Positions 1-14,052 of a stretch of 64,000 nt of DNA are shown here, in pieces; positions within the stretch are counted from its first letter, which is position 1, and each line of letters opens with the position of its first letter. This DNA is from Chrysomallon squamiferum (Eukaryota; Animalia; Mollusca). The notes under the pieces are model-generated. The model was not told the DNA's origin, did no database searches, and saw only the letters and a list, made by a program, of their open reading frames with translations. Both the position numbers and the translations under genes were made by a program. The DNA lies in contig CM022671.1 of NCBI GenBank assembly GCA_012295275.1, positions 22,568,001 to 22,632,000 on the forward strand, read 5' to 3'.

Positions 1-1002
1 AGTAAAAGTAACAATGATAATGATGAAGATGATGATAATAAGTAAGTAAATAAACAATATGAAATCCAAGAATGATATATATATATATATAAATTATCTT
101 TGAAGTAAAAAAAAGAAAATTCTGGACAGAACAAAAATGGTAGCACTAAAGTTTTCATAATCTCACACATATCAGCCTTCCCTACTTGTAGCATTATTCA
201 GATCATTTTCATCTGATCTGCTAATGGGGAAAAAGAAAATAAGGACTAAATACGGATAGTTTTTCAATTTGTCTTTATTCCATCCATCGTCTCATCTGAT
301 ATTGTGTTCATTAGCCCCAGATCATGGCCCATTTGTCTTTCACTTTCTTCTGTTGAACTGTCAGCCATCTTTCTTTGATGTGAAGCCAGACAAGATTTAT
401 AACACTCTTGATGAGCTCTCCAGAGGAAAAGTCACCGACCAATCAATAAAGTTCTTTCATTTCAGACTTGCAGCAACAATTGTTTTTTTTTTTGATAACC
501 ACCATAGGTGCCATAACAGAAGTTGTTGTGATTATTTTTATTTGTTATTTCCCTCCGAGTGGGTTTTTTAAGTCGAGTTTGAGTAAAATGGAGCTTGAAA
601 TGAGAGCCATGGAATGAGTAATAAAGGCAGTTTTGTGTATTGTTTGTTAATTAGTGATGTGTGTGCAGTCTCTTTATTTGATGTGGTGTGAGAGAGAAAA
701 AAATTTATCACCGACGCAGTAATTTAACATTGTGTGATAATTCTAAAACGTACGTTGTTAAATTATCTGTATAAACACAGCTTGTAATCTGCATCTTCTG
801 ATCACTTGTTTTTTTCATTCAAAGGACAGATTTATCTTAGAATGCAAAAAAACCCACAAAAAACCTGAAAAAAAAAAATCCTGAAAAAAACCACTAATAA
901 AATAACAGTGTCTTGTTTATATAACTTATAACTGTGGTAATAATTTTATGGTTGTAACTTTCCTCTACATTTTTATTTTTTCTGAATTATTTTTTTTATT
1001 GC

Positions 1003-1036
<34 letters not shown>

Positions 1037-1433
1037 TATTTTTATTTTTATTTTTATTTTTATATTTATTTTTATTTTTTATTTAATTATTTAATCTTTG
1101 GAAACTGATTTTAATGGCTGTTAATATATAAACAAAAGCTAAAACATGATATTAAATCACTATTCTTTAGCCTTTCTTTACATGAACTATACATTTAAAA
1201 GTCCATATTAGCAGTTTGGTAATATTCCTTCACTTGTTTCAGATGTAATTTTTAATTATTACAATTCCTTAGATCTAAACTTCATTTCAGAAGAAGCCGA
1301 AAAATTTGTCTTTGCAGTTTCAGATTTTAGTTTAAATTATTATTCCTTTGATTTGAACATCATTTCTAAATCATTTCACAAAAAAGTCCACCTCAAATTA
1401 TTATTATTACTGCTACTACTACCATGACTACTT

Positions 1434-1466
<33 letters not shown>

Positions 1467-3069
1467 TTATTATAAATATTAATAGTCCCATTTCCATGAT
1501 CTAAGCATCATTAATAAACATTGAAAATACAAAGTTCTGTTTCTTATTCCTTTTGATCAAAACTTCAGTTTTTGAACCAGAAATGTGCTTTTCGGAGTAT
1601 TCCTATTCCTTTGATCTGAACTTCAGTACTGAACGTAGAGAAGGCCATTTTCTTATTAAAGAAGTGCTAAATTAGATTGCTCTTTTGAAACATCGGAGCC
1701 ATTTTGAATCGGCAGTGAATGCACAGGACTAACTGAAATAATTACTTTTAACACCTGATGCATTAGATCTAAACATTCTGTTTGTTCTGTGTAATTATAG
1801 CTGACACTTTTTTCTTTTTCCTTTTCTTTTTTAAAACTTCTGTTTATATTTATATTTATTTTTTTTTTTTTCCCTGAATAATAATCTGTTTCTGAAATTT
1901 ATGTTTAATGGCTTTTTATATTTTTTTTTTTTTTTTCAGAATTATTAAAACTTAATGTTTTATTCATTTTTTTTTTTTTAAATAAATATTTGTTTTGTTT
2001 TATTCTTTTCTTAGTTACTGTTTTTTGATTTCCTTGATTTATTTATTTTTTTTTTTTTTTTGTTTTATAATTGTTGGGATTATTATTCTTATTATTATTT
2101 ATTTATTTATTGATTTGTTTGATTTGATTTGATTTTTTAAGATTTGATTTATTTATTATTATTTTTTTTTTTTTTTTTATTTTAATGTTTATTTTCTTGC
2201 ATTTTAAAGTAAAGACATACAAATCGTTTTTCCTTTTTCAAAAACAAATGTAAAAAAAAAATGAATCAGTTACCTTACCTCTCACAACTTTGAAAATGAG
2301 TGATGGATTTTGTGACAGGTAGATGGGACAGGTTACTTGTTATGTGCCAATTTACATACCACATTTGTCTGTTCTCTGTTTAACTTAGCATAAAGGTGTT
2401 CCTGTCTCACAAATTTTCTGTTATTAATGGATATGATATTTCACAACAGTAAAATGCCTACAGCATGCTTTTTGTTCAAACATATTGCAGTTTTTATTTT
2501 ATTGTTCTTTTAATGTATATTTGTACTGACACTTTTAAAGACAGTATTTTTCATCACTGTGTTTTATAGTGATTTGTATAATACCAGAATGTAAAATTAT
2601 TATTTGGAAAAATTGTCTGATCAGCATTTAAAAAAAATGTTAACACTGTTGAAATTCTGATGTTCATGAATTATTGCATTCACGTAAAGAATTGTAATTT
2701 TCCAAAATATGTATTTTTTTTATTATAATTTTTTAATTCTTTTTGTTTCTTATTATTATAGTTGTATTTTATTTTATTTTTATTTTTTTAAATCATCATA
2801 GTATTGTATTTCATCTGACTATGAACAAGATGTAACTAATTGTTGCTTTATAGTCTGAGTCTATAGTCTATCATATAAACAAAATTTTCAGAGGCATCAA
2901 ATATTAGAATAATATTGCAGATTTGTCTAAATATGTTCAATACCTAACTTTTCCAAGCTTTTTATAACATAAATGTTTCCTAAAATGTTAATTTTTACTG
3001 TATTCCACACTGAATAAAGTTCTGCAGTTAAGCTTATACTGTATTATTGTTATTATTTTTCTCTTTCAG

Positions 3070-3862
3070 GGTGTGTTCATGGTGTGCAGATATCACTAAA
3101 CGACCCTCAGGACGGGTTCTTTCTCAAGTCCGCCTACCAGAAGTTCAAACCGACAGACCCCAGTCGGGAGAAGGAGGCGTTCGTGCTCACCCACCCCTCG
3201 GAGCTGTACAAGCTGCGGGCCGCGTATGGACCCTTCGAGGCGTTCGAAGCCGTGCCCAGCTCCCTCTTACACAACGACTACGGCAACAGCAGAGGTCTGA
3301 TGCATCGCCAGATTCTCTTCAACATGGACATCAGCGCGCACATCGTCACGGACAAGCTGACGCCGAAGAACTCGCTGCTGCAGCTGCTGATCCACGCCCA
3401 GCCCATCAGCCGGAGGAACGAAGACTTCGGCGTGGACGACTACGACCAGCGCTGGTGTGGTCAGCTGTTTGTCCACCACGGCGAGCAGCAGCTGTCCTCG
3501 GTGTGCGTGCTCAGCGAGAAGGACAAGACATGCGTGACGGGGATCAACCTGCCCCAGGAGTGGTGGCACCCCAACGTCAGCGAGGTGCTCGTCTTCTACG
3601 ACGTCTCGCGGGTGGAGCAGAACCAGGAGTGCGCCAGCGCCTCAAACTCCATTGTGCCCGCGAGGTCCATCTCCAACTCCTCCAACAGCAAGAAGAAGTA
3701 CATCACCACCGTCAGGCTGTCGCCGACGGTGAACAAGTTCGACGAAAGGAAAGACGAGAATGTCGTGTTCCGAATTCCAACGTATCCGGTTTACCCCGGG
3801 TCGAAGTTCGAAGTCCCTGTAATGCTGGAAGCAGGATCGGATCTCCAAGTGATAGTTATTAA
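3070..3862 (+). CDS. TMEM132: TMEM132-family protein, first in-window coding exon (likely exon 2; N-terminal conserved domain)
   Basis: Acceptor ttttctctttcAG at 3068-3069 and donor AA|GTGAGT at 3863. Phase-1 entry reads xCVHG-VQISLNDPQDGFFLK...LRAAYGPF...LPQEWW...VYPGSKFEVPVML. The ASYGPF-like motif and LP..WW are typical of the TMEM132 N-terminal domain. The ATG/signal-peptide exon is upstream of the window. Confidence 0.92.
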
Positions 3863-4420
3863 GTGAGTATAAGACATACCCAACCCTGACAGCTACCACC
3901 CTTTTTTCTGTCGTGAATGGTTTTCTTTGTTTTGTTTTGTTTTACACTGAAACAGATCTAATGAAGGGCAAGCAGCTGGGGGTAATTAAAAATGAAACTG
4001 CGTCGATTTGTTTGGAACAGTATATGATCTAAGGTTGAAAAATAGCATTTTCCTGATCAGTGTCATTTGTGTTAATTACTGTTTGTAGATGACATCTAGT
4101 GGTTAAAATAGTATCCAGTCTGGTTGAAGATGTGCTCAGAATTACAAGTTTATTCATTTAAAGGTCAAACGTTATCTCTTTTCTTATATGATCTGATTTC
4201 TAAAGCTGAAAAAAACCCACCATGAACAGAAAATTGCATCTCGAAGCAGCAAATGTTTTTCCAGCTAATGTTAAGTTGAAAAACACAAAATGATTTTCTC
4301 TGATAAATCCAAAGCTGAAAATGGCTTGTTTTTTTTTTGTTGTTATTTTTTCCTTTAATCCACATGGAATATGATCTGAAAATTACAATTGTTTTTTCCC
4401 CAAGATGCCAAAAGCTCAAA

Positions 4421-4513
4421 TTTATTTATTTATTATTTGTTTTTTTTAACATTAAGCAGAAAAATATAATTTATTTATTTATTATTTGGTTTTTTTTAAC
4501 ATTAAGCAGAAAA
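4421..4513. repeat. Local tandem duplication (~50 bp x2)
   Basis: tttatttatttattatttg(t)nAACATTAAGCAGAAAA occurs twice in tandem. Confidence 0.85.
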
Positions 4514-7500
4514 GCATAATTTGTCAGCCTTACAGTAATTTACAAAATGTGAATTTTAACGTTCCTCTTTTTCTACACCATGTTAGCTTGAATCATTCTC
4601 TTATGACATTGATCTTTCGTATTTACAATTTTCCTAATAGTGACAAATTTTCTTAAATAAGTTAGAAATGAAAACCTTAGCATTTAAAAAATAAAGGACA
4701 TTTCAAGGATGCATGAAGTTAGAAAATTTATGATTTTTGGTTGATTTTCTGCCTTTCTTTCTTTTTTTTTTTCTTTTTTTTTTTTTTTTAACATCAATTC
4801 TAATGATAAAATATCATCCAGAAATTAGGGATTATTAGATTTATTCTGTTAAATAAAACAACTAATAGATTTGAAATATGTAAAATAATTTATATTAAAT
4901 AATAATAAGAAAAACATTAACAATATTAACAACAACAACAACAACAAAAACTGCAGCAGTAAAAATAAAAATATCAACAAAAACGACAGCAACAACAACT
5001 ACAATAATAATAAAAATAAAAGGAAAAAGACAAAGATTAATTTTCTGCAGCTACGGTCATATATAAACTTTCAAACAGAGACAAGCAGTTTGCTGTATAC
5101 GTCAATTTTAATAGCCTGGCGTAGAGCAGACATTTTATAGCCTTTCATTTAAATCGGAGTTAGAGGCAATGATAGCCCGAGGTGAAGTAACAGGATTAAT
5201 GAACTAGAAGCAGCTGGGAGAAATAAAATAATTCCTATGACTTCGCCCAGGTTCATTTCCTCATTCGATCATTTATAGAAAAGCCATCGCCTGCCATTAT
5301 TATGTCCGTCTTATTGTCTGTCCGTCTGTGCTAGGAATTTACTGTTATTTTTCAGGATTATGCCGCTCAGCATGCCATCTTTAATTAATGTCTGCGACTT
5401 TTTATGGCTTTTTATGATCGAGTGTGTGTTTCTGTTTTATCTGTGTCTCTTCACTCCGACTGCAGATTTTAAACATTGCTTGGTTTCTTAGCATTTGAAT
5501 TAAAAGAGAATTTAACTGTAAATTTTTTATTATTATTGTCGATGTTTATCTTTTATTGTTAATGTTCTTACAGTCTCTATGACATTATTTTTATTTTTTA
5601 ATTTATTTTTTATTCATTATTGTTACTGTTATTGTTACTATCCTTTTTCTTAACATTATTAGTTTCATTTTTGTTATTGTCGTTGTTATTATATAGTAAA
5701 TTTAATGTTATAGATTCTGTTTCTTTGTTTAATATTAGTCACTTTCAGCCAAATGTTTATCATTTTAGATACAAATGTATTTTACGCGACTAAACCATTT
5801 GGTGTAGACTGTCCTATTTTCTTGTTGTATTCAGTAGGAATAACCCATTTAGTGTTGATTTTTCTCTTCTACCTTTTGGAAGTGAAGATAGATAAATAAT
5901 CTAACAGAAAACAGTGTGTGAATAACATGGACATGTAAGGGAGAAAATTGTAATATACATTTTCCCATTCCAACCATTTTCCCCGTTGTCCAAGGAACAA
6001 CAGAAGGCATGTCCCATACAAAAGTAGTTGACTGTGTGTTTACAGTGTGTGCACTGCCTTTCTTAATGAAGATGATTTCAATGGGCAAATTTTTTTTGTT
6101 AATTCAGAGATCATGCTCAGATGCGAGGCAGCCAGATTGTACCAAAGCTTTGTACAAACATGAACTCTTTACTTGTTTTGTTCTGTGCTAAATTCCTCCT
6201 TTTTTTTTTTTTTTTTTTTTTTACCTTTTACACCTTTTTTCTTTCGTCTTATCTTTTTTTTTTTTTTTTTATATATTGACATTATGTGTGAAAAGTAGTG
6301 TGTAAAGGAACAAATTTACTGATATCTTATATATATGCCAGAAAAAAAAAAAAGAACACAGAATATAGGCCTATATGGTGAACATGATTATGAGAACAAA
6401 ATATGTGAAATACATGGGATTTTTTTTTTTTTTTAACCATAACAGATGGGATTTTCATGTATTAGATGTTTTTCAACTTGATGTAAAACACACAGATACA
6501 TACATATATTGTTTTTTTACTGCAAAAGTATGACAAACTTTACCATTATCTGAACAACACCATGAAGAACAACAACAACAACAACAACAACAATAACAAT
6601 AATAATAATAAAAAACTAAAATAATTATAATTTAAACATAAACCATTTGCATAAACTGTACAAATAATTATACTTTTCTCATTAATATACCATTATTCTA
6701 CATTTTCTTTTTTCTTTCCTGTCTTCTTTATTTTTTATTATTATTATTATTATTATGTTTCTTTACTAGATTGAAAATCCCTAAAGAAAGAAATAAACAA
6801 AGAAATAAGATGAAAAAGAAGGAAAAAACCTTTTACATAGATGATAAATGAACTAATGGGTAATTTCTGTTTGATTTCAGATGCTATTAGTATTGGCATT
6901 TACCTTTGCTTCTGAATATTACGTATCAGCATGAATCTTAACAATAATGGGAAAAAAAATGTATTCTAAACTCTAAGACTTTTACACTTAATGGAATGAA
7001 CATGATATGATGTTGGAAAATGGAGTCAGTTTCATATTGTGAAAATCCATTTTATTTCAAGTTATGTTATGTGAGGGTTAGTTGGTTGTGATACAAGTGT
7101 CTGTCTGTCTGTCAACTCTTCCAACCAGTCTCTATCACATATTTGTTAATATATTTATTCATCTATTCATTCAATTGTTTATCTACATCCATTCTTCTTT
7201 TAGTCTTTTATTTGTTCATTCATTTTTCCTTCCGTTTAGCAATTTATTTATTCTTCCATTTTTGTTCCTTCTAGCTATCCATTTATATATCATATGGTAT
7301 CCATTCATGAATGTATTCATCTTTGATACATAAGTTATAACTTTATGGTAAGCAAAGTAGATAATGCTATAATGAAGTACAAATAAAACAGTTTAACTTG
7401 ATTATTCTGTGTTAAAATAAAAAAAACTAGACAATTAAATAATATAAACGATTTTTCTACTGTAAGCAAAGTAAACTCTACTTACTTTTGCAGTGAAGTA

Positions 7501-8099
7501 AAAAAAAAAAAAAAAATACAGCACTTTTAACTTAATTATTCTGAGCAAAGTAAAGCTTAGGTAACAAAACAGTTTAAAGGATCTTGCTGTTGCAAGCAAA
7601 AGCTATGTAATTTAAAAGTCTAACAGCATTAAAGATGTTGTTGTTGTAAGTCAGAATAAAGGTTAACAGAGCATTAAAGCTGTTTTCTCCGGTTTGATAC
7701 TAGTTTTAAGCAAAGAATTTAGCTGGCTGTGGAAATAGAGAGCTGTGAAAGGGGAGATAAAATTTAATAATCTTGCCCAACATCCATCAACGGCATGCTG
7801 TGATAATGTAATGAACTGTCTTTAAAAAAAAAAAAATTATTCTTCAGGCCTTCCGAGTTGCTGGCTTCGACTAAACCTGTTTTTCTTTTTAAAGGTCATT
7901 GATTTACTGGCTTGCTTGCATAAATTGTCTGTCAGTATTGTAGCTTCTGTAGGATTTTTAAATTAAGGGGAAAAAAAAAAAAAAAAAAAAAAATATATTT
8001 TTTTATATATAAATCTGTATTTTTAAAAAAAGAAAAGGTTTGAAAATGTTAGAAATTTTTCAGAATTTTTTTTATTTTAAATTTTTTTTTTTATATATA

Positions 8100-8143
<44 letters not shown>

Positions 8144-8609
8144 TAATTATTATTATTATTAATAGTTGTTGATGTTGTTGAAATGTTTTGCAGCTGTGAT
8201 ATTCAGGAAAGAAAGATACACATTTGCTAGTAAACAAACAAACAAATAATAGTAATAATAATAACAACAGTGACAACTCTAACACCCAAAGCAGTTAAAC
8301 TTTATATCTCAACTTCGTAATAGATTTTCACCTGGAATACCTGATACATGTTTACAGGTGTTGGCCTTCCAGTGTTAAATATTAAGGTAATCTGACACCA
8401 CTCAGTGACCACTGCAACCTTCTGTGACCTTACTGGTTTGTTGCCAAATTTCAGGTTAGATATCTACATTTAATGCCCCATTGTGGGGGGGGTGTTTTGT
8501 GGGTTGTTTTGGTTACAAGGTCATAAATAAAATTTAAAAAAAAAAAATGGTGGAAGGAGTTGGGTTGAGAAAGAAAATAAATGAAATAAATTTGTATTTA
8601 TATATTTAT

Positions 8610-8687
8610 CTTCTTCTTCTTCTTCTTCTTCTTCTTCTTCTTCTTCTTCTTCTTCTTCTTCTTCTTCTTCTTCTTCTTCTTCTTCTT

Positions 8688-8745
<58 letters not shown>
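8610..8745. repeat. Compound microsatellite (CTT)n(ATT)n
   Basis: About 36 perfect CTT units followed by ATT units. Confidence 0.98.
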
Positions 8746-8746
<1 letters not shown>

Positions 8747-8760
8747 TGATGAGTTTTTAT

Positions 8761-8792
<32 letters not shown>

Positions 8793-10149
8793 TCAAGGAA
8801 CTTTATAGTCAGAGTACAGGTATAAATCATGATAAATCTCAGAATCAAAAATTACTTGGTTACCTTCTGGATTATTTTTCTTTCAACTCAGGTTCTCTCT
8901 TTCTTTCATTTTGGTTTCTCTCTCTTTATATATATATTTATATATCTTTCTGTATCTCTTTTCCTCTCTTTATTCCACTCTGCCTTTCTTTGTCTCTCTG
9001 AATCTTTCTTTCTCTCTGTGTCTCTCTCTTTCTCTATCTCTCTGCTCCACTCTTTCATTCATTCTTTTTTTCTGTGCAGAAAATGGACAAGAACTGACAC
9101 ACACTCAGTAAATTACAATCCAAAAGAAATCCCAGCATAAAAACCCCCATCTAATCAGCTTGTTAAATGTGTGTTTGTTCTCTTAAACTGAAAACTAACT
9201 CTATCCAAAAAAAACCAATAATAATAATAATAAAAAGTTTCCCCTACAAACACAATAAAAGAAATCAATAATTAATTGATTTTCTAAATAAGGTATTAAT
9301 TATTTATAACTCTCACTACAGTAGAAAAATATATATATTTTTTAATCTTTGTTTATTTTGTTTATTTTGTGTTTTGTTTTGTTATTTATTTATTTTTGTG
9401 TTTTTTAATTTATTTATTTATTTATTTATTTATTTTTTTTTTATTTATTTGTTGTTGTTTTTTTGCAGTGGTAGTAGAACAGTATTGTAATTAACAAGTA
9501 TGGAAATATAAATTCAAGTCCAGAAAAGTTACCTAATGACACTGAAATTTGATATCTAAATTATTTAAGCTAATCTAAATTTTCAAACAACACAGTAAAT
9601 CTTTGTGTTAAAATTTGTTTGAGTCAAATATTAAATGGTTTTTCCTATTCATTTTTTTCTTTTTCTGCTGTATACATTTGATTTAATTATTTATTTATTT
9701 ATTTATTAAATGATATTTCTGAGAACTTTTAAAATAGAAATAGGATATTGTACAAAATTATCAATACCATGTTTTGTCTGCCATTTTATTTGTTTAGCTG
9801 TCTCTGTCTGTCTGTTTTCCATTTCTCTGTCTAGCGATCTATATAGTTATATATCTGCCTATCTGTCAACCTATCTAGGAATGTAAGTATCTAGCTAGCT
9901 AGTCAGCTGTTTGTGTGTAATTGACTCTGTGTCTGTATGTGTTCATATATGCATATTAAATATGTAAAAGATTATTGTCATTATTACATCCCAGATATAA
10001 CTTTCGGTTTATTTTATATACCAGACACAGATATTGCACATCACAGACTCAGTGGCTATAATTTATGTGATTTTAGTGTTCATCCTCACCCCCCAAAAGA
10101 GATAATAGGCTGTATTATTCATGAACTCTTAATCCCCATTAAACGAGAT

Positions 10150-11205
10150 GATATATGCACAGTTTAAGAAAGTGGAATGGGTTATGATACTAAAGTGCAG
10201 CTATGACAATATGATATGGTTCAGTGAACAAGGCTGTTTTGGGTTGTTGTTTTTTTTAAATTTTAAGAAAGCACAGATGGTTTGTAACTTCGACAACATG
10301 ATATGGTTCAGTTAACAAGAGTTCTTCTTAGTTTAAGAAATTGGAGAGGGTTTGATGTTTGGGTATAAAAAGGATGGCATGATATGGTTCACTGTATGTT
10401 TATCGTTCTTTTTAAAAAAAAAAAAATTAAGTTTAAGAAAATTGGGGTGATGAGGCTTAAGTGTAACTAGATGGTATGATATGATTGAATGAATGTTTTT
10501 ATGTTTTTTTTTTTCCCCTACTTTAAAAATGTCGGGGATGAATCTTGAGTCTAGAAAATATAAAACGATGTGTTCAGTTAATAGATCTTAGAAAGTCTGA
10601 GTTTAATTATAAAAAAAAAAGAATGGGAGAAGTTGCAATATGATATGATGCAATAAAATGTCTTGTTTTCTTTTTGAAATATATTGTAAGAATAATAAAA
10701 ACTATTTGAGTATGATGTGATTAAATAAATAAAAAAACAATTTAAATGAAAATTTAGAACAGTATGATACAGTTTAGTAAATACATCATCTTTTGAAAGC
10801 TTTTTTTATTTTTTTTTTTTTTTCATGAAAATTTAGCAAAAAAAAAAAAAAACCAATATGATGTGTTTCAATAAGCATAACAGTTTTTATTTTTTTATTT
10901 TATTCACTAGTTGCAGCATAATACCTTAGAGATAAAAACAATATGATACGGTCCAGTAAATTTTCTTACATATTTTTCTCTACATGTAAATACGCAGTAT
11001 AATTATACATCAAAAAACAACTGTGTGATAAAAACAGTATGACATGGTCCAGTAAATACAGTTTCTTCTAGGTGTGGAGCTGCAGTGTAGTTGTATATAA
11101 TAGTAAGTGAAGCAGTGGGAGGGAGATACCAAAAAATATGATATGATCAATTAAATGAGTTGAGGGGTGTTGACGTACATAATGTAATATAGTTCAGTAA
11201 ATAAA
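10150..11205. repeat. Highly degenerate minisatellite, core aatatgatatggttcagtaaat
   Basis: Core variants recur about a dozen times (e.g. ~10208, 10296, 10378, 10475, 10762, 10940, 11037, 11136), early copies followed by tttaagaaa. Confidence 0.75.
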
Positions 11206-12021
11206 TCTTGTTTCTAGGCTCGGCTATAAAATATATAAATTATGTGCTGGCATGTAATACAGTTTATATCCCATGGTGTTGTAATATTTAAGTTTATGCT
11301 TTATTTCTATTAATATTAATGATGATCTTTTGGCCGGGCAATAAGGATGGAATAATGAACATAAATTACTGGATTATAGGGGAAAACCCACGTATATATT
11401 TTATTATAGGTAATAAAAATAATTTAAAAATGATTGAATATAAATAATCTGGTTTAAGAATAAAAAAAAAAAAAATGTCTACCTGTATGTTATGCATATG
11501 TCTAAAATCTATTTAAAAAAAAAAAAAAAGAAGAAAAAAGCCATTATTATTTTTTCTTCTTCTTCTTCTTGTTTTTTTATTTTGCATTTTATTATTATTT
11601 TTTTTTTTTAAATCATTAATTTTAATTTTTGTTCATTATTTATACTAGTGCATCTGCATTTACTGACTGGGAATTTTTGCCAATCTGAATGGATGGATAA
11701 AATGAAAAGAAAACACATCTTCTTAAAATTTTAATATTAACAAAATATTCTCTGTTCTATTAAAAATGTTTTGTTGGAGATTCAATATCCTTTATTTGTA
11801 TTGTAATTACTAGTCTGTTATTATTATTATTTTTTTTATTTAATTCTTTTTTGAATTTTTATGTCCATGTTTAAAATTTTTATATAATGCCCAGAAATGC
11901 TTGAACCATTAAAGTGGTTACATCTATAATATTGACAGTTTTTTATTAACTCATCTTACACTGTATGTATATGTACATATAGGCCTATACACATTATAAC
12001 TGTTGTTTCTGTTTTTTTCAG

Positions 12022-12168
12022 GGCCAAGGTTGGAAATGTGCTGCGGGTTCGTGGAGCTGCATTTTCACACGATGGTCCATGGAGTGTGTTTGTGGAGACC
12101 AGCGACAACCACAGAACATCAACTGTCACAGCATTTATCAAAGACTCTGACAAATTCACAAATACAAG
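12022..12168 (+). CDS. TMEM132: TMEM132 coding exon (147 nt)
   Basis: gtttttttcAG|G acceptor and AG|GTAAGC donor. Phase 2/2 matches the neighbouring exons. Reads (K)AKVGNVLRVRGAAFSHDGPWSVFVETSDNHRTSTVTAFIKDSDKFTNT, similar to the RAKVKKG start of the cohesin-like region. Confidence 0.9.
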
Positions 12169-12193
12169 GTAAGCACTGTCACATTCTTTTGTT

Positions 12194-12196
<3 letters not shown>

Positions 12197-12251
<55 letters not shown>
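12197..12251. repeat. (GA)n microsatellite
   Basis: Perfect dinucleotide run about 28 nt after the exon donor. Confidence 0.98.
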
Positions 12252-12253
<2 letters not shown>

Positions 12254-12666
12254 TTTCAGTTTCAGGATGGTTTAATCTCATAATCAGTCACATGTATCTA
12301 CACCTAGGAACAATTTTTGTTACTATTACTTTTACTTATTTTTAAAAAAATAGTTTAATAATTTCAGTGCGACTTATCTCAAAAATGATGTTTTGTTATG
12401 CCATGATGGCTGAAAACCCTTGATTAATGTGTATGAGAGATTCGTGAAATTACTATTTTAGTTTACCTGAACTATAAATCTGACACTGACTGGGATTGAT
12501 AATGCAGAGAATTCTTGGTTTTGTGCCCATGATAGGTGTGCATGAACCTTCTGTGATTAAAAACAAAATAGTTGTTAATTGTGAATTTCAAACATGTTAA
12601 AGAATATTAATAAAAAAAATTAATTTCCTTTACAGAGATTACATATTTTGTTTCTTAACATAAAAT

Positions 12667-12712
<46 letters not shown>

Positions 12713-13139
12713 CTCTATGTGTGTATGTGTGTGTGTGTGTGTGTGTAAATTAAAAATTTTAAAATTTTAAAAAAAAAAAAAAAAACCAAGTATCAGATAA
12801 CAATAATTTGCTTTTTTTTTTAAAAAGATTTTTTTGATGTTTACTTTCTTTTTAATGTACGTTTTAAAGTTTGATGGATTAGTCTTTTATATTATTTTCT
12901 TTGGCACTGTTTGCCTGTTTAAAGAAGTTGTCAGGTATAAATATAATGCTGGAATGTTATAACACAGCCCACACAGGGCTCCAGTCAGAAAAGTTGATTG
13001 ATAAAACCTGTTGCTGTAAACTAGAAACCTAAAAAAACCAGAAAAAAAAAAAAAATGACTTATGTATATAAATATATTATTGTTAAGGGGAAAAAAAATG
13101 GTTTTGGAAGATACTGTTCATGTAATTTGATCTTTTTGT

Positions 13140-13400
13140 GCTGCAGTTTATATTCATATGTTGTAAAGTATGTGTACTGCAGATTGTAGTCATGTAGATT
13201 ATATTCATATGGAGTAGATACATTTGTGTGTGCTGTTGATCATATTCATGTCATGCAGATTATATTCATGTGTTGTAGATTATATGTGTGTATTGTAGAT
13301 CATATTCATGTCATGTACATCACAAATGCTATAAATCATATGAATATGCTGTAGAGCACATTCATGTCTTTTACATATGCTATATATTTCATATTCATGT
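13140..13400. repeat. Degenerate ~20 bp minisatellite (gtagattatattcatgt)
   Basis: Motif variants recur about 8 times. Confidence 0.75.
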
Positions 13401-13834
13401 TACCGTGGTATTAACAAAATCTGTTTTATTGATACAACAAGCACATGCACACAATATATATGGAGACCTTTTGAATAGTGGACATACCAAACAGTTCAAG
13501 AAATTACAAAAAACACAGTATCTGGTGATACCTCTGAACAATGTGTATGACATAAAAGATTTTCAGGAACTGTAAAATGAACAAATGAATCCCTTTTGAA
13601 CCAGAGATGAAAAGAGATGAGAACCATTCCTCTGTGCTTTACTAAACTTGACAAAATAGAAATCTTGGCACCATGTTTCTGCTGTTATACTACCATAGGT
13701 CTGGACATTCTGTGGATCTTTCTTCTTCTGATTGCATTCTGCTGCTGGTATTGTAGACATTTTCTGCTTTGCCTTCAGTTAATGGTGTTAAAAAAAAAAA
13801 TAAGCTGTTACTTATGGCTTGGGAAGGGGGTCGT

Positions 13835-13955
13835 GTGACCATTTGGACTATTTCTTGTTCTAGCTGGTGCTGCATGACTAGATTGTTAAAGTTCTGTTGT
13901 CGTTATGTTCTTCCCACCAATGGGAAGGTGCATATAAAAGATTAATGATTGCTAA
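13835..13955 (+). mobile_element. Second degenerate copy of the same SINE family (central part)
   Basis: gaccatttggactatttcttgttctagctggtgctgcatgact...tgggaaggtgcatataaaagat...ttgctaa matches the same recalled core and shares the aaaagat...ttgct motif with 19530-19547. Confidence 0.55.
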
Positions 13956-14012
13956 ACAAAACAAACATCTAAACAGAAAACAGTATTTTAGTCTTCTGAC
14001 ATCATTAGTGCA

Positions 14013-14052
<40 letters not shown>

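Noticed and set aside
3047-3862. 271-aa alternative-frame ORF and antisense ORFs overlapping the large exon
   Set aside because: Shadow ORFs caused by high GC3. They are Arg/Ala/Gln-rich with no recognisable motif, while the other frame has TMEM132 signatures and correct splice phases.
8547-8848. Poly-L / poly-R ORFs, and similar ERERER, SLSLSL, poly-I, poly-Y, HPSI and poly-K/F ORFs elsewhere
   Set aside because: Translations of microsatellites and homopolymer runs.
10150-11205. Repeat-spacer-like pattern suggestive of a CRISPR array (also 51829-51995 and 63546-63990)
   Set aside because: Repeats are degenerate and irregularly spaced, spacers are related or low-complexity, there are no cas genes, and the context is a spliced animal gene.
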